NCBI GenBank assembly: GCA_964016885.1
Contig: OZ024741.1
Coordinates: 252,030,001 to 252,094,000, forward strand
DNA: 64,000 nucleotides
Direction: 5' to 3'
Origin: Eledone cirrhosa
Lineage: Eukaryota
The stretch's first letter is position 1. Each line of letters starts with the position of its first letter. Shown here piece by piece: positions 1 to 17,450 of the stretch. The notes beneath the pieces are model-generated. The model ran no database searches. It saw only the letters and a program-made list of their open reading frames with translations, and was not told where the DNA came from. Position numbers and translations under genes: made by a program.

Positions 1-249
1 CACTACACTATAACACAACTCTCTACACATCACCTCAAAATACAAAACTACACTAAACCACACCACACCACACTATTAACACAACTCTCTACACATCACG
101 TTATAATACAAAACTACACTATACCACACCACACCACACTATAACACAACTCTCTACACGTCACCTCATAATACAAAACTACACTATACCACACCACACT
201 ACACTATAACACAACTCTCTACACATCACCTCATAATACAAAACTACAC

Positions 250-3200
250 TATACCACACCACACCACACTATAACACAACTCTCTACACATCACCTCATA
301 ATACAAAATTACACTATACCACACCACACCACACTATAACACAACTCTCTACACGTCACCTCATAATACAAAACTACACTATACCACACCAGACCACACT
401 ACACTATAACACAACTCTCTACACGTCACCTCATAATACAAAACTACACTACACCACACCACACTATAACACAACTCTCTACACATCACCTCATAATACA
501 AACCTACACTATACCACACCAGACCACACTACACTATAACACAACTCTCTACACGTCACCTTATAATACAAAACTACACTATACCACACCACACTACACT
601 ATAACACAATTCTCTACACATCACCTCATAATACAAAACTACACTATACCACACCAGACCACACTACACTATAACACAACTCTCTACACGTCACCTCATA
701 ATAGAAAACTACACTATACCACACTACACCACACTACACTATAACACAATTCTCTACACATCACCTCATAATACAAAACTACACTATACCACACCACACC
801 ACACTATAACACAACTCTCTACACATCACCTCATAATACAAAACTACACTATACCACACCACACCACACTACACTATAACACAACTCTCTACACATCACC
901 TCATAATACAAAACTACACTATACCACACCAGACCACACTACACTATAACACAACTCTCTACACGTCACCTCATAATACAAAACTACACTATACCACACC
1001 ATACACACTACACTATAACACAACTCTCTACACATCACCTCATAATACAAAACTACACTATACCTCACCACACCACACTATACTATAACACAACTCTCTA
1101 CACGTCACCTCATAATACAAAACTACACTATACCACACCACACCACACTACACTATAACACAACTCTCTACACATCACCTCATAATACAAAACTACACTA
1201 TACCACACCACACCACACTACACTATAACACAATTCTCTACACGTCACCTCATAATACAAAACTACACTATACCACACCACACCACACTACACTATAACA
1301 CAACTCTCTACACATCACCTTATAATACAAAACTACACTATACCACACTACACTACACTATAACACAACTCTCTACACATCACCTTATAATACAAAACTA
1401 CTCTATACCACACCACACCACACTACACTATAACACAACTCTCTACACATCACCTCATAATACAAAACTACACTATACCACACCACACCACACTACACTA
1501 TAACACAATTCTCTACACATCACCTCATAATACAAAACTACACTATACCACACCACACTACACTATAACACAACTCTCTACACATCACCTCATAATACAA
1601 AACTACACTATACCACACCACACTACACTATAACACAACTCTCTACACATCACCTCATAATACAAAACTACACTATACCACACCACACTACACTATAACA
1701 CAACTCTCTACACATCACCTCATAATACAAAACTACACTAAACCACACCACACCACACTACACTATAACACAATTCTCTACACATCACCTCATAATACAA
1801 AACTACCCTATACCACACCACGCTACACTATAACACAACTCTCTACACATCACCTCATAATACAAAACTACACTATACCACACCACACTACACTATAACA
1901 CAACTCTCTACACATCACCTCATAATACAAAACTACACTATACCACACCAGACCACACTACACTATAACACAACTCTCTACACGTCACCTCATAATAGAA
2001 AACTACACTATACCACACCACACTACACTATAACACAATTCTCTACACATCACCTCATAATACAAAACTACACTATACCACACCACACTACACTATAACA
2101 CAACTCTCTACACATCACCTCATAATACAAAACTACACTATACCACACCACACTACACTATAACACAACTCTCTACACATCACCTCATAATACAAAACTA
2201 CACTATACCACACCACACTACACTATAACACAATTCTCTACACATCACCTCATAATACAAAACTACACTATACCACACCACACTACACTATAACACAACT
2301 CTCTACACATCACCTCATAATACAAAACTACACTATACCACACCACACTACACTATAACACAACTCTCTACACATCACCTCATAATACAAAACTACACTA
2401 TACCACACCACACCACACTACACTTTAACACAACTCTCTACACATCACCTCATAATACAAAACTACACTATACCACACCAGACCACACTACACTATAACA
2501 CAACTCTCTACACGTCACCTCATAATACAAAACTACACTACACCACACCACACCACACTATAACACAACTCTCTACACATCACCTCATAATACAAACCTA
2601 CACTATACCACACCAGACCACACTACACTATAACACAACTCTCTACACGTCACCTTATAATACAAAACTACACTATACCACACCACACTACACTATAACA
2701 CAATTCTCTACACATCACCTCATAATACAAAACTACACTATACCACACCAGACCACTCTACACTATAACACAACTCTCTACACGTCACCTCATAATAGAA
2801 AACTACACTATACCACACTACACCACACTACACTATAACACAATTCTCTACACATCACCTCATAATACAAAACTACACTATACCACACCACACCACACTA
2901 TAACACAACTCTCTACACATCACCTCATAATACAAAACTACACTATACCACACCACACCACACTATAACACAACTCTCTACACATCACCTTATAATACAA
3001 AACTACACTATACCACACCACACCACACTACACTATAACACAACTCTCTACACATCACCTCATAATACAAAACTACACTATACCACACCACACCACACTA
3101 CACTATAACACAACTCTCTACACATCACCTCATAATACAAAACTACACTATACCACACCACACCACACTATAACACAACTCTCTACACGTCACCTCATAA

Positions 3201-5700
3201 TACAAAACTACACTATACCACACCACACCACACTACACTATAACATAACTCTCTACACATCACCTCATAATACAAAACTACACTATACCACACCACATCA
3301 CACCACACTATAACAAAACTCTCTACACATCACCTCATAATACAAAAACTACACTATACCACACCACACCACACTACACTATAACACAACTCTCTACACG
3401 TCACCTCATAATACAAAACTACACTATACCATACCACACCACACTACACTATAACACAACTCTCTACACATCACCTCAAAATACAAAACTACACTAAACC
3501 ACACCACACCACACTATTAACACAACTCTCTACACATCACCTCATAATACAAAACTACACTATACCACACCACACCACACTATAACACAACTCTCTACAC
3601 ATCACCTCATAATACAAAATTACACTATACCACACCACACCACACTATAACACAACTCTCTACACGTCACCTCATAATACAAAACTACACTATACCACAC
3701 CAGACCACACTACACTATAACACAACTCTCTACACGTCACCTCATAATACAAAACTACACTACACCACACCACACCACACTATAACACAACTCTCTACAC
3801 ATCACCTCATAATACAAACCTACACTATACCACACCAGACCACACTACACTATAACACAACTCTCTACACGTCACCTTATAATACAAAACTACACTATAC
3901 CACACCACACTACACTATAACACAATTCTCTACACATAACCTCATAATACAAAACTACACTATACCACACCAGACCACACTACACTATAACACAACTCTC
4001 TACACGTCACCTCATAATAGAAAACTACACTATACCACACTACACCACACTACACTATAACACAATTCTCTACACATCACCTCATAATACAAAACTACAC
4101 TATACCACACCACACCACACTATAACACAACTCTCTACACATCACCTCATAATACAAAACTACACTATACCACACCACACCACACTACACTATAACACAA
4201 CTCTCTACACATCACCTCATAATACAAAACTACACTATACCACACCAGACCACACTACACTATAACACAACTCTCTACACGTCACCTCATAATACAAAAC
4301 TACACTATACCACACCATACACACTACACTATAACACAACTCTCTACACATCACCTCATAATACAAAACTACACTATACCTCACCACACCACACTATACT
4401 ATAACACAACTCTCTACACGTCACCTCATAATACAAAACTACACTATACCACACCACACCACACTACACTATAACACAACTCTCTACACATCACCTCATA
4501 ATACAAAACTACACTATACCACACCACACCACACTACACTATAACACAATTCTCTACACGTCACCTCATAATACAAAACTACACTATACCACACCACACC
4601 ACACTACAATATAACACAACTCTCTACACATCACCTTATAATACAAAACTACACTATACCACACTACACTACACTATAACACAACTCTCTACACATCACC
4701 TTATAATACAAAACTACTCTATACCACACCACACCACACTACACTATAACACAACTCTCTACACATCACCTCATAATACAAAACTACACTATACCACACC
4801 ACACCACACTACACTATAACACAATTCTCTACACATCACCTCATAATACAAAACTACACTATACCACACCACACTACACTATAACACAACTCTCTACACA
4901 TCACCTCATAATACAAAACTACACTATACCACACCACACTACACTATAACACAACTCTCTACACATCACCTCATAATACAAAACTACACTATACCACACC
5001 ACACTACACTATAACACAACTCTCTACACATCACCTCATAATACAAAACTACACTAAACCACACCACACCACACTACACTATAACACAATTCTCTACACA
5101 TCACCTCATAATACAAAACTACCCTATACCACACCACGCTACACTATAACACAACTCTCTACACATCACCTCATAATACAAAACTACACTATACCACACC
5201 ACACTACACTATAACACAACTCTCTACACATCACCTCATAATACAAAACTACACTATACCACACCAGACCACACTACACTATAACACAACTCTCTACACG
5301 TCACCTCATAATAGAAAACTACACTATACCACACCACACTACACTATAACACAATTCTCTACACATCACCTCATAATACAAAACTACACTATACCACACC
5401 ACACTACACTATAACACAACTCTCTACACATCACCTCATAATACAAAACTACACTATACCACACCACACTACACTATAACACAACTCTCTACACATCACC
5501 TCATAATACAAAACTACACTATACCACACCACACTACACTATAACACAATTCTCTACACATCACCTCATAATACAAAACTACACTATACCACACCACACT
5601 ACACTATAACACAACTCTCTACACATCACCTCATAATACAAAACTACACTATACCACACCACACTACACTATAACACAACTCTCTACACATCACCTCATA
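250..5700. repeat. Higher-order duplication with 3316-bp offset (boundaries approximate)
   Basis: Rare variants recur at a fixed offset: the extra C of AAACCTA at 503/3819, ATACACACTA at 1001/4317, ACCCTA at 1805/5121. A partial extra copy carries AAACCTA at 2597. Confidence 0.85.
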
Positions 5701-5949
5701 ATACAAAACTACACTATACCACACCACACTACACTATAACACAATTCTCTACACATCACCTCATAATACAAAACTACACTATACCACACCACACTACACT
5801 ATAACACAACTCTCTACACATCACCTCATAATACAAAACTACACTATACCACACCACACTACACTATAACACAACTCTCTACACATCACCTCATAATACA
5901 AAACTACACTATACCACACCACACCACACTACACTATAACACAACTCTC

Positions 5950-8900
5950 TGCACGTCACCTCATAATACAAAACTACACTATACCACACCACACTACACT
6001 ATAACACAACTCTCTACACATCACCTCATAATACAAAACTACACTATACCACACCACACTACACTATAACACAACTCTCTACACATCACCTTATAATACA
6101 AAACTACACTATACCACACCACACTATACTATAACACAACTCTCTACACGTCACCTCATAATACAAAACTACACTATACCACACCACACTACACTATAAC
6201 ACAACTCTCTACACATCACCTCATAATACAAAACTACACTATACCACACCACACTACACTATAACACAACTCTCTACACGTCACCTCATAATACAAAACT
6301 ACACTATACCACACCACACCACACTATAACACAACTCTCTACACGTCACCTCATAATACAAAACTACACTATACCACACCACATTACACTATAACTTAAC
6401 TCACTACACATCACCTCATAATACAAAACTACACTATACCACACCACACCACACTACACTATAACACAACTCTCTACACATCACCTCATAGTACAAAACT
6501 ACACTATACCACACCACACCACACTACACTATAACACAACTCTCTACACATCACCTCATAATACAAATCTACACTATACCACACCAGACCAGACTACACT
6601 ATAACACAACTCTCTACACGTCACCTCATGATACAAAACTACACTATACCACACCACACCACACTACACTATAACACAACTCTTTACACATCACCTCATA
6701 ATATAAAACTACACTATACCACACCACACCACACTATAACACAACTCTCTACACGTCACCTCATAATACAAAACTACACTATACCACACCACACCACACT
6801 ATAACACAACTCTCTACACGTCACCTCATAATACAAAACTACACTATACCACACCACACTACACTATAACACAACTCTCTACACGTCACCACATAATACA
6901 AAACTACACTATACCACACCACACCACACTATAACACAACTCTCTACACGTCACCTCATAATACAAAACTACACTATACCACACCACACCACACTATAAC
7001 ACAACTCTCTACACGTCACCTCATAATACAAAACTACACTATACCACACCACACCACACTATAACACAACTCTCTACACGTCACCTCATAATACAAAACT
7101 ACACTATACAACACCACACCACACTACACTATAACACAACTCTCTACACGTCACCTCATAATACAAAACTACACTATACCACACCACACCACACTACACT
7201 ATAACACAACTCTCTACACGTCACCTCATCATACAAAACTACACTATACCACATCACACCACACTATAACACAACTCTCTACACGTCACGTCATAATACA
7301 AAACTACACTATACCACACCACACTACACTATAACACAACTCTCTACACATCACCTCATAATACAAAACTACACTATACCACACCACACCACACTACACT
7401 ATAACACAACTCTCTACACATCACCTCATAATACAAAACTACACTATACCACACCACACTACACTATAACACAATTCTCTACACGTCACCTCATAATACA
7501 AAACTACTCTATACCACACCACACTACACTATAACACAACTCTCTGCACCTCACCTCATAATACAAAACTACACTATACCAAATCACACCACACTACACT
7601 ATAACACAACTCTCTACACATCACCTCATAATACAAAACTACACTATACCACACCACACTACACTATAACACAACTCTCTGCACGTCACCTCATAATAGA
7701 AAACTACACTATACCACACCAGACCACACTACACTATAACACAACTCTCTACACGTCACCTCATAATACAAAACTACACTATACCACACCACACCATACT
7801 ACACTATAACACAACTCTCTACACATCACCTCATAATACAAAACTACACTATACCACACCACACCACACTACACTATAACACAACTCTCTACACATCACC
7901 TCATAACACAAAACTACACTATACCACACCACACTACACTATAACACAACTCTCTACACATCACCTCATAATACAAAACTACACTATACCACACCACACT
8001 ACACTATAACACAACTCTCTACACATCACCTTATAATACAAAACTACACTATACCACACCACACTACACTATAACACAACTCTCTACACATCACCTCATA
8101 ATACAAAACTACACTATACCACACCACACTACACTATAACACAACTCTCTACACATCACCTTATAATACAAAACTACACTATACCACACTACACTACACT
8201 ATAACACAACTCTCTACACATCACCTTATAATACAAAACTACACTATACCACACCACACTACACTATAACACAACTCTCTACACATCACCTCATAATACA
8301 AAACTACACTATACCACACCACACCACACTACACTATAACACAATTCTCTACACATCACCTCATAATACAAAACTACACTATACCACACCACACTACACT
8401 ATAACACAACTCTCTACACATCACCTCATAATACAAAACTACACTATACCACACCACACCACACTACACTATAACACAACTCTCTACACGTCACCTCATA
8501 ATACAAAACTACACTATACCACACCACACCACACTATAACACAACTCTCTACACATCACCTCATAATACAAAACTACACTATACCACAACACACTACACT
8601 ATAACACAACTCTCTACACATCACCTTATAATACAAAACTACACTATACCACACCACACTATACTATAACACAACTCTCTACACGTCACCTCATAATACA
8701 AAACTACACTATACCACACCACACTACACTATAACACAACTCTCTACACATCACCTCATAATACAAAACTACACTATACCACACCACACTACACTATAAC
8801 ACAACTCTCTACACGTCACCTCATAATACAAAACTACACTATACCACACCACACCACACTATAACACAACTCTCTACACGTCACCTCATAATACAAAACT

Positions 8901-11900
8901 ACACTATACCACACCACATTACACTATAACTTAACTCACTACACATCACCTCATAATACAAAACTACACTATACCACACCACACCACACTACACTATAAC
9001 ACAACTCTCTACACATCACCTCATAGTACAAAACTACACTATACCACACCACACCACACTACACTATAACACAACTCTCTACACATCACCTCATAATACA
9101 AATCTACACTATACCACACCAGACCAGACTACACTATAACACAACTCTCTACACGTCACCTCATGATACAAAACTACACTATACCACACCACACCACACT
9201 ACACTATAACACAACTCTTTACACATCACCTCATAATATAAAACTACACTATACCACACCACACCACACTATAACACAACTCTCTACACGTCACCTCATA
9301 ATACAAAACTACACTATACCACACCACACCACACTATAACACAACTCTCTACACGTCACCTCATAATACAAAACTACACTATACCACACCACACTACACT
9401 ATAACACAACTCTCTACACGTCACCTCATAATACAAAACTACACTATACCACACCACACCACACTATAACACAACTCTCTACACGTCACCTCATAATACA
9501 AAACTACACTATACCACACCACACCACACTATAACACAACTCTCTACACGTCACCTCATAATACAAAACTACACTATACCACACCACACCACACTATAAC
9601 ACAACTCTCTACACGTCACCTCATAATACAAAACTACACTATACCACACCACACCACACTACACTATAACACAACTCTCTACACGTCACCTCATAATACA
9701 AAACTACACTATACCACACCACACCACACTACACTATAACACAACTCTCTACACGTCACCTCATCATACAAAACTACACTATACCACATCACACCACACT
9801 ATAACACAACTCTCTACACGTCACCTCATAATACAAAACTACACTATACCACACCACACTACACTATAACACAACTCTCTACACATCACCTCATAATACA
9901 AAACTACACTATACCAAACCACACCACACTACACTATAACACAACTCTCTACACATCACCTCATAATACAAAACTACACTATACCACACCACACTACACT
10001 ATAACACAATTCTCTACACGTCACCTCATAATACAAAACTACTCTATACCACACCACACTACACTATAACACAACTCTCTGCACCTCACCTCATAATACA
10101 AAACTACACTATACCAAATCACACCACACTACACTATAACACAACTCTCTACACATCACCTCATAATACAAAACTACACTATACCACACCACACTACACT
10201 ATAACACAACTCTCTGCACGTCACCTCATAATACAAAACTACACTATACCACACCACACCACACTACACTATAACACAACTCTCTACACATCACCTCATA
10301 ATACAAAACTACACTATACCACACCACACTACACTATAACACAACTCTCTACACATCACCTTATAATACAAAACTACACTATACCACACCACACTACACT
10401 ATAACACAACTCTCTACACGTCACCTCATAATACAAAACTACACTATACCACACCACACCATACTACACTATAACACAACTCTCTACACATCACCTCATA
10501 ATACAAAACTACACTATACCACACCACACCACACTACACTATAACACAACTCTCTACACATCACCTCATAATACAAAACTACACTATACCACACCACACT
10601 AAACTATAACACAACTCTCTACACATCACCTCATAATACAAAACTACACTATACCACACCACACTACACTATAACACAACTCTCTACACATCACCTTATA
10701 ATACAAAACTACACTATACCACACCACACTACACTATAACACAACTCTCTACACATCACCTCATAATACAAAACTACACTATACCACACCACACTACACT
10801 ATAACACAACTCTCTACACATCACCTTATAATACAAAACTACACTATACCACACTACACTACACTATAACACAACTCTCTACACATCACCTTATAATACA
10901 AAACTACACTATACCACACCACACTACACTATAACACAACTCTCTACACATCACCTCATAATACAAAACTACACTATACCACACCACACCACACTACACT
11001 ATAACACAATTCTCTACACATCACCTCATAATACAAAACTACACTATACCACACCACACTACACTATAACACAACTCTCTACACGTCACCTCATAATACA
11101 AAACTACACTATACCACACCACACCACACTATAACACAACTCTCTACACGTCACCTCATAATACAAAACTACACTATACCACACCACATTACACTATAAC
11201 TTAACTCACTACACATCACCTCATAATACAAAACTACACTATACCACACCACACCACACTACACTATAACACAACTCTCTACACATCACCTCATAGTACA
11301 AAACTACACTATACCACACCACACCACACTACACTATAACACAACTCTCTACACATCACCTCATAATACAAATCTACACTATACCACACCAGACCAGACT
11401 ACACTATAACACAACTCTCTACACGTCACCTCATGATACAAAACTACACTATACCACACCACACCACACTACACTATAACACAACTCTTTACACATCACC
11501 TCATAATATAAAACTACACTATACCACACCACACCACACTATAACACAACTCTCTACACGTCACCTCATAATACAAAACTACACTATACCACACCACACC
11601 ACACTATAACACAACTCTCTACACGTCACCTCATAATACAAAACTACACTATACCACACCACACTACACTATAACACAACTCTCTACACGTCACCTCATA
11701 ATACAAAACTACACTATACCACACCACACCACACTATAACACAACTCTCTACACGTCACCTCATAATACAAAACTACACTATACCACACCACACCACACT
11801 ATAACACAACTCTCTACACGTCACCTCATAATACAAAACTACACTATACCACACCACACCACACTATAACACAACTCTCTACACGTCACCTCATAATACA

Positions 11901-14900
11901 AAACTACACTATACCACACCACACCACACTACACTATAACACAACTCTCTACACGTCACCTCATAATACAAAACTACACTATACCACACCACACCACACT
12001 ACACTATAACACAACTCTCTACACGTCACCTCATCATACAAAACTACACTATACCACATCACACCACACTATAACACAACTCTCTACACGTCACCTCATA
12101 ATACAAAACTACACTATACCACACCACACTACACTATAACACAACTCTCTACACATCACCTCATAATACAAAACTACACTATACCAAACCACACCACACT
12201 ACACTATAACACAACTCTCTACACATCACCTCATAATACAAAACTACACTATACCACACCACACTACACTATAACACAATTCTCTACACGTCACCTCATA
12301 ATACAAAACTACTCTATACCACACCACACTACACTATAACACAACTCTCTGCACCTCACCTCATAATACAAAACTACACTATACCAAATCACACCACACT
12401 ACACTATAACACAACTCTCTACACATCACCTCATAATACAAAACTACACTATACCACACCACATTACACTATAACACAACTCTCTGCACGTCACCTCATA
12501 ATACAAAACTACACTATACCACACCACACCACACTACACTATAACACAACTCTCTACACATCACCTCATAATACAAAACTACACTATACCACACCACACT
12601 ACACTATAACACAACTCTCTACACATCACCTTATAATACAAAACTACACTATACCACACCACACTACACTATAACACAACTCTCTACACGTCACCTCATA
12701 ATACAAAACTACACTATACCACACCACACCATACTACACTATAACACAACTCTCTACACATCACCTCATAATACAAAACTACACTATACCACACCACACC
12801 ACACTACACTATAACACAACTCTCTACACATCACCTCATAATACAAAACTACACTATACCACACCACACTACACTATAACACAACTCTCTACACATCACC
12901 TCATAATACAAAACTACACTATACCACACCACACTACACTATAACACAACTCTCTACACATCACCTTATAATACAAAACTACACTATACCACACCACACT
13001 ACACTATAACACAACTCTCTACACATCACCTCATAATACAAAACTACACTATACCACACCACACTACACTATAACACAACTCTCTACACATCACCTTATA
13101 ATACAAAACTACACTATACCACACTACACTACACTATAACACAACTCTCTACACATCACCTTATAATACAAAACTACACTATACCACACCACACTACACT
13201 ATAACACAACTCTCTACACATCACCTCATAATACAAAACTACACTATACCACACCACACCACACTACACTATAACACAATTCTCTACACATCACCTCATA
13301 ATACAAAACTACACTATACCACACCACACTACACTATAACACAACTCTCTACACATCACCTCATAATACAAAACTACACTATACCACACCACACCACACT
13401 ACACTATAACACAACTCTCTACACGTCACCTCATAATACAAAACTACACTATACCACACCACACCACACTATAACACAACTCTCTACACGTCACCTCATA
13501 ATACAAAACTACACTATACCACACCACATTACACTATAACACAACTCACTACACACCACCTCATAATACAAAACTACACTATACCACACCACACCACACT
13601 ACACTATAACACAACTCACTACACATCACCTCATAATACAAAACTACACTATACCACACCACACCACACTACACTATAACACAACTCTCTACACATCACC
13701 TCATAATACAAAACTACACTATACCACACCAGACCAGACTACACTATAACACAACTCTCTACACGTCACCTCATAATACAAAACTACACTATACCACACC
13801 ACACCACACTACACTATAACACAACTCTCTACACGTCACCTCATAATACAAAACTACACTATACCACACCACACTACAATACACTATAACACAACTCTCT
13901 ACACGTCACCTCATAATACAAAACTACACTATACCACACCACACCACACTACACTATAACACAACTCTCTACACGTCACCTCATAATACAAAACTACACT
14001 ATACCACACCACACCACACTATAACACAACTCTCTACACGTCACCTCATAATACAAAACTACACTATACCACACCACACCACACTATAACACAACTCTCT
14101 ACACGTCACCTCATAATACAAAACTACACTATACCACACCACACCACACTATAACACAACTCTCTACACGTCACCTCATAATACAAAACTACACTATACC
14201 ACACCACACTACACTATAACACAACTCTCTACACATCACCTCATAATACAAAACTACACTATACCACACCACACTACACTATAACACAACTCTCTACACG
14301 TCACCTCATAATACAAAACTACTCTATACCACACCACACTACACTATAACACAACTCTCTGCACCTCACCTCATAATACAAAACTACACTATACCAAATC
14401 ACACCACACTACACTATAACACAACTCTCTACACATCACCTCATAATACAAAACTACACTATACCACACCACACTACACTATAACACAACTCTCTGCACG
14501 TCACCTCATAATAGAAAACTACACTATACCACACCAGACCACACTACACTATAACACAACTCTCTACACGTCACCTCATAATACAAAACTACACTATACC
14601 ACACCACACCATACTACACTATAACAGAACTCTCTACACATCACCTCATAATACAAAACTACACTATACCACACCACACCACACTAGACTATAACACAAC
14701 TCTCTACACATCACCTCATAATACAAAACTACACTATACCACACCACACCACACTACACTATAACACAACTCTCTACACATCACCTCATAATACAAAACT
14801 ACACTATACCACACCACACTACACTATAACACAACTCTCTACACATCACCTTATAATACAAAACTACACTATACCACACCACACTACACTATAACACAAC

Positions 14901-15450
14901 TCTCTACACATCACCTCATAATACAAAACTACACTATACCACACCACACTACACTATAACACAACTCTCTACACATCACCTTATAATACAAAACTACACT
15001 ATACCACACTACACTACACTATAACACAACTCTCTACACATCGCCTTATAATACAAAACTACATAATACCACACCACACTACACTATAACACAACTCTCT
15101 ACACATCACCTCATAATACAAAACCACACTATACCACACCACACCACACTACACTATAACACAATTCTCTACACATCACCTCATAATACAAAACTACACT
15201 ATACCACACCACACTACACTATAACACAACTCTCTACACATCACCTCATAATACAAAACTACACTATACCACACCACACCACACTACACTATAACACAAC
15301 TCTCTACACGTCACCTCATAATACAAAACTACACTATACCACACCACACTACACTATAACACAACTCTCTACACATCACCTCATAATACAAAACTACACT
15401 ATACCACACCACACCACACTACACTATAACACAACTCACTACACATCACC
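5950..15450. repeat. Higher-order repeat, about four copies of a 2.3-2.5 kb unit (boundaries approximate)
   Basis: TTAACTCACT at 6396, 8931 and 11201 (spacings 2535 and 2270), each followed by the same ordered variants CATAGTAC, AAATCTAC, CCAGACCAGAC, CATGATAC. A fourth, diverged copy begins near 13520 (CCACATT, ACTCACT, CCAGACCAGAC, CCAAATC). Confidence 0.85.
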
Positions 15451-17344
15451 TCATAATACAAAACTACACTATACCACACCACACCACACTACACTATAAC
15501 ACAACTCTCTACACATCACCTCATAATACAAAACTACACTATACCAGACCACACTACACTATAACACAACTCTCTACACATCACCTTATAATACAAAACT
15601 ACACTATACCACACCACACTACACTATAACACAACTCTCTACACGTCACCTCATAATGCAAAACTACACTATACCACACCACACCACACTACACTATAAC
15701 ACAACTCTCTACACATCACCCCATAATACAAAACTACACTATACCACACTACACTACACTATAACACATCTCTCGACACATCACCTCATTATACAAAACT
15801 ACACTATACCACACCACACTACACTATAACACAACTCTCTACACATCTCCTCATAATAGAAAACTACACTATACCATACCACACTACACTATACTATAAC
15901 ACAACTCTCTACACGTCACCCCATAATACAAAACTACACTATACCACACCACACCACACTACACTATAACACAACTCTCTACACGTCACCTCATAATACA
16001 AAACTACACTATACCACACCACACTACACTATAACACAACTCTCTACACGTCACCTCATAATACAAAACTACACTATACCACACCACACCACACTATAAC
16101 ACAACTCTCTACACGTCACCTTATAATACAAAACTACACTATACCACACCACACTACACTATAACACAACTCTCTACACGTCACCTCATAATACAAACTA
16201 CACTATACCACACTACACTATAACACAACTCTCTACATGTCACCTCATAATACAAAACTACACTATACCACACTACACTATAACACAACTCTCTACACAT
16301 CACCTCATAATACAAAACTACACTATACCACACCATACTTCACTATAACACAACTCTCTACACATCACCTCATAATACAAAACGACACTATACCACACCA
16401 CACTACACTATAACACAACTCTCTGCACATCACCTCATAATACAAAACTACACTATACCACACGACACCACACTACACTATAACACAACTCTCTGCACAT
16501 CACCTCATAATACAAAACTACACTATACCACACCACACTACACTATAACACAATTCTCTACACATCACCTCATAATACAAAACTACACTATACCACACCA
16601 CACCACACTATAACACAACTCTCTACACATCACCTCATAATACAAAACTACACTATACCACACCACACCACACTATAACACAACTCTCTACACGTCACCT
16701 CATAATACAAAACTACACTATACCACACCAGACCACACTACACTATAACACAACTCTCTACACGTCACCTCATAATACAAAACTACACTATACCACACCA
16801 CACCACACTATAACACAACTCTCTACACGTCACCTCATGATACAAAACTACACTATACCACACCACACCACACTATAACACAACTCTCTACACATCACCT
16901 CATAATACAAAACTACACTCTACCACACCACACCACACTATAACACAACTCTCTACACATCACCTCATAATACAAAACTACACTATACCACACCAGACCA
17001 CACTACACTACACTATAACACAACTCTCTACACATCACCTCATAATACAAAACTACACTATACCACACCACACTACACTATAACACAACTCTCTACACAT
17101 CACCTCATAATACAAAACTACACTATACCACACCACACCACACTACACTATAACACAATTCTCTACACATCACCTCATAATACAAAACTACACTATACCA
17201 CACCACATCACACTATAACACAACTCTCTACACGTCACCTCATAATACAAAACTACACTATACCACACCACACCACACTATAACACAACTCTCTACACGT
17301 CACCTCATAATACAAAACTACACTATACCACACCACACTACACT

Positions 17345-17355
17345 ATAATAATAAT
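17345..17355 (-). repeat. CR1 3' tail, short (ATT)n microsatellite overlapping the target site
   Basis: The + strand reads ATAATAATAAT at the left junction. Confidence 0.75.
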
Positions 17356-17365
17356 GAAATTATTG

Positions 17366-17389
17366 TGTAAAGTGCTCAGGTGCACTACA
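17366..17389 (-). other. CR1 3'-terminal stem-loop
   Basis: The element strand reads TGT-AGTGC-ACCTGA-GCACT-TT-ACA, about 10 nt upstream of the tail. Confidence 0.55.
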
Positions 17390-17450
17390 ACTCGTCAATA
17401 TAGTACATAGAATAATACACAAATGCCAGGGAAGTACATGTTTGTATGTG

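Larger units (their letters stand above)
1..17348. repeat. Satellite array segment 1 (65/70-bp pentamer-derived monomers; runs off the window start)
   Basis: Continuous tandem copies of CTATAACACAACTCTCTACAC[A/G]TCACCTCATAATACAAAACTACACTATA followed by 2-5 CCACA/CTACA pentamers. Confidence 0.98.

Noticed and set aside
1-17348. CRISPR-like array with adjacent RT (constant core plus variable part)
   Set aside because: The variable parts are CCACA/CTACA pentamers, not unique spacers. There are no cas genes, and the RTs are eukaryotic LINE types.
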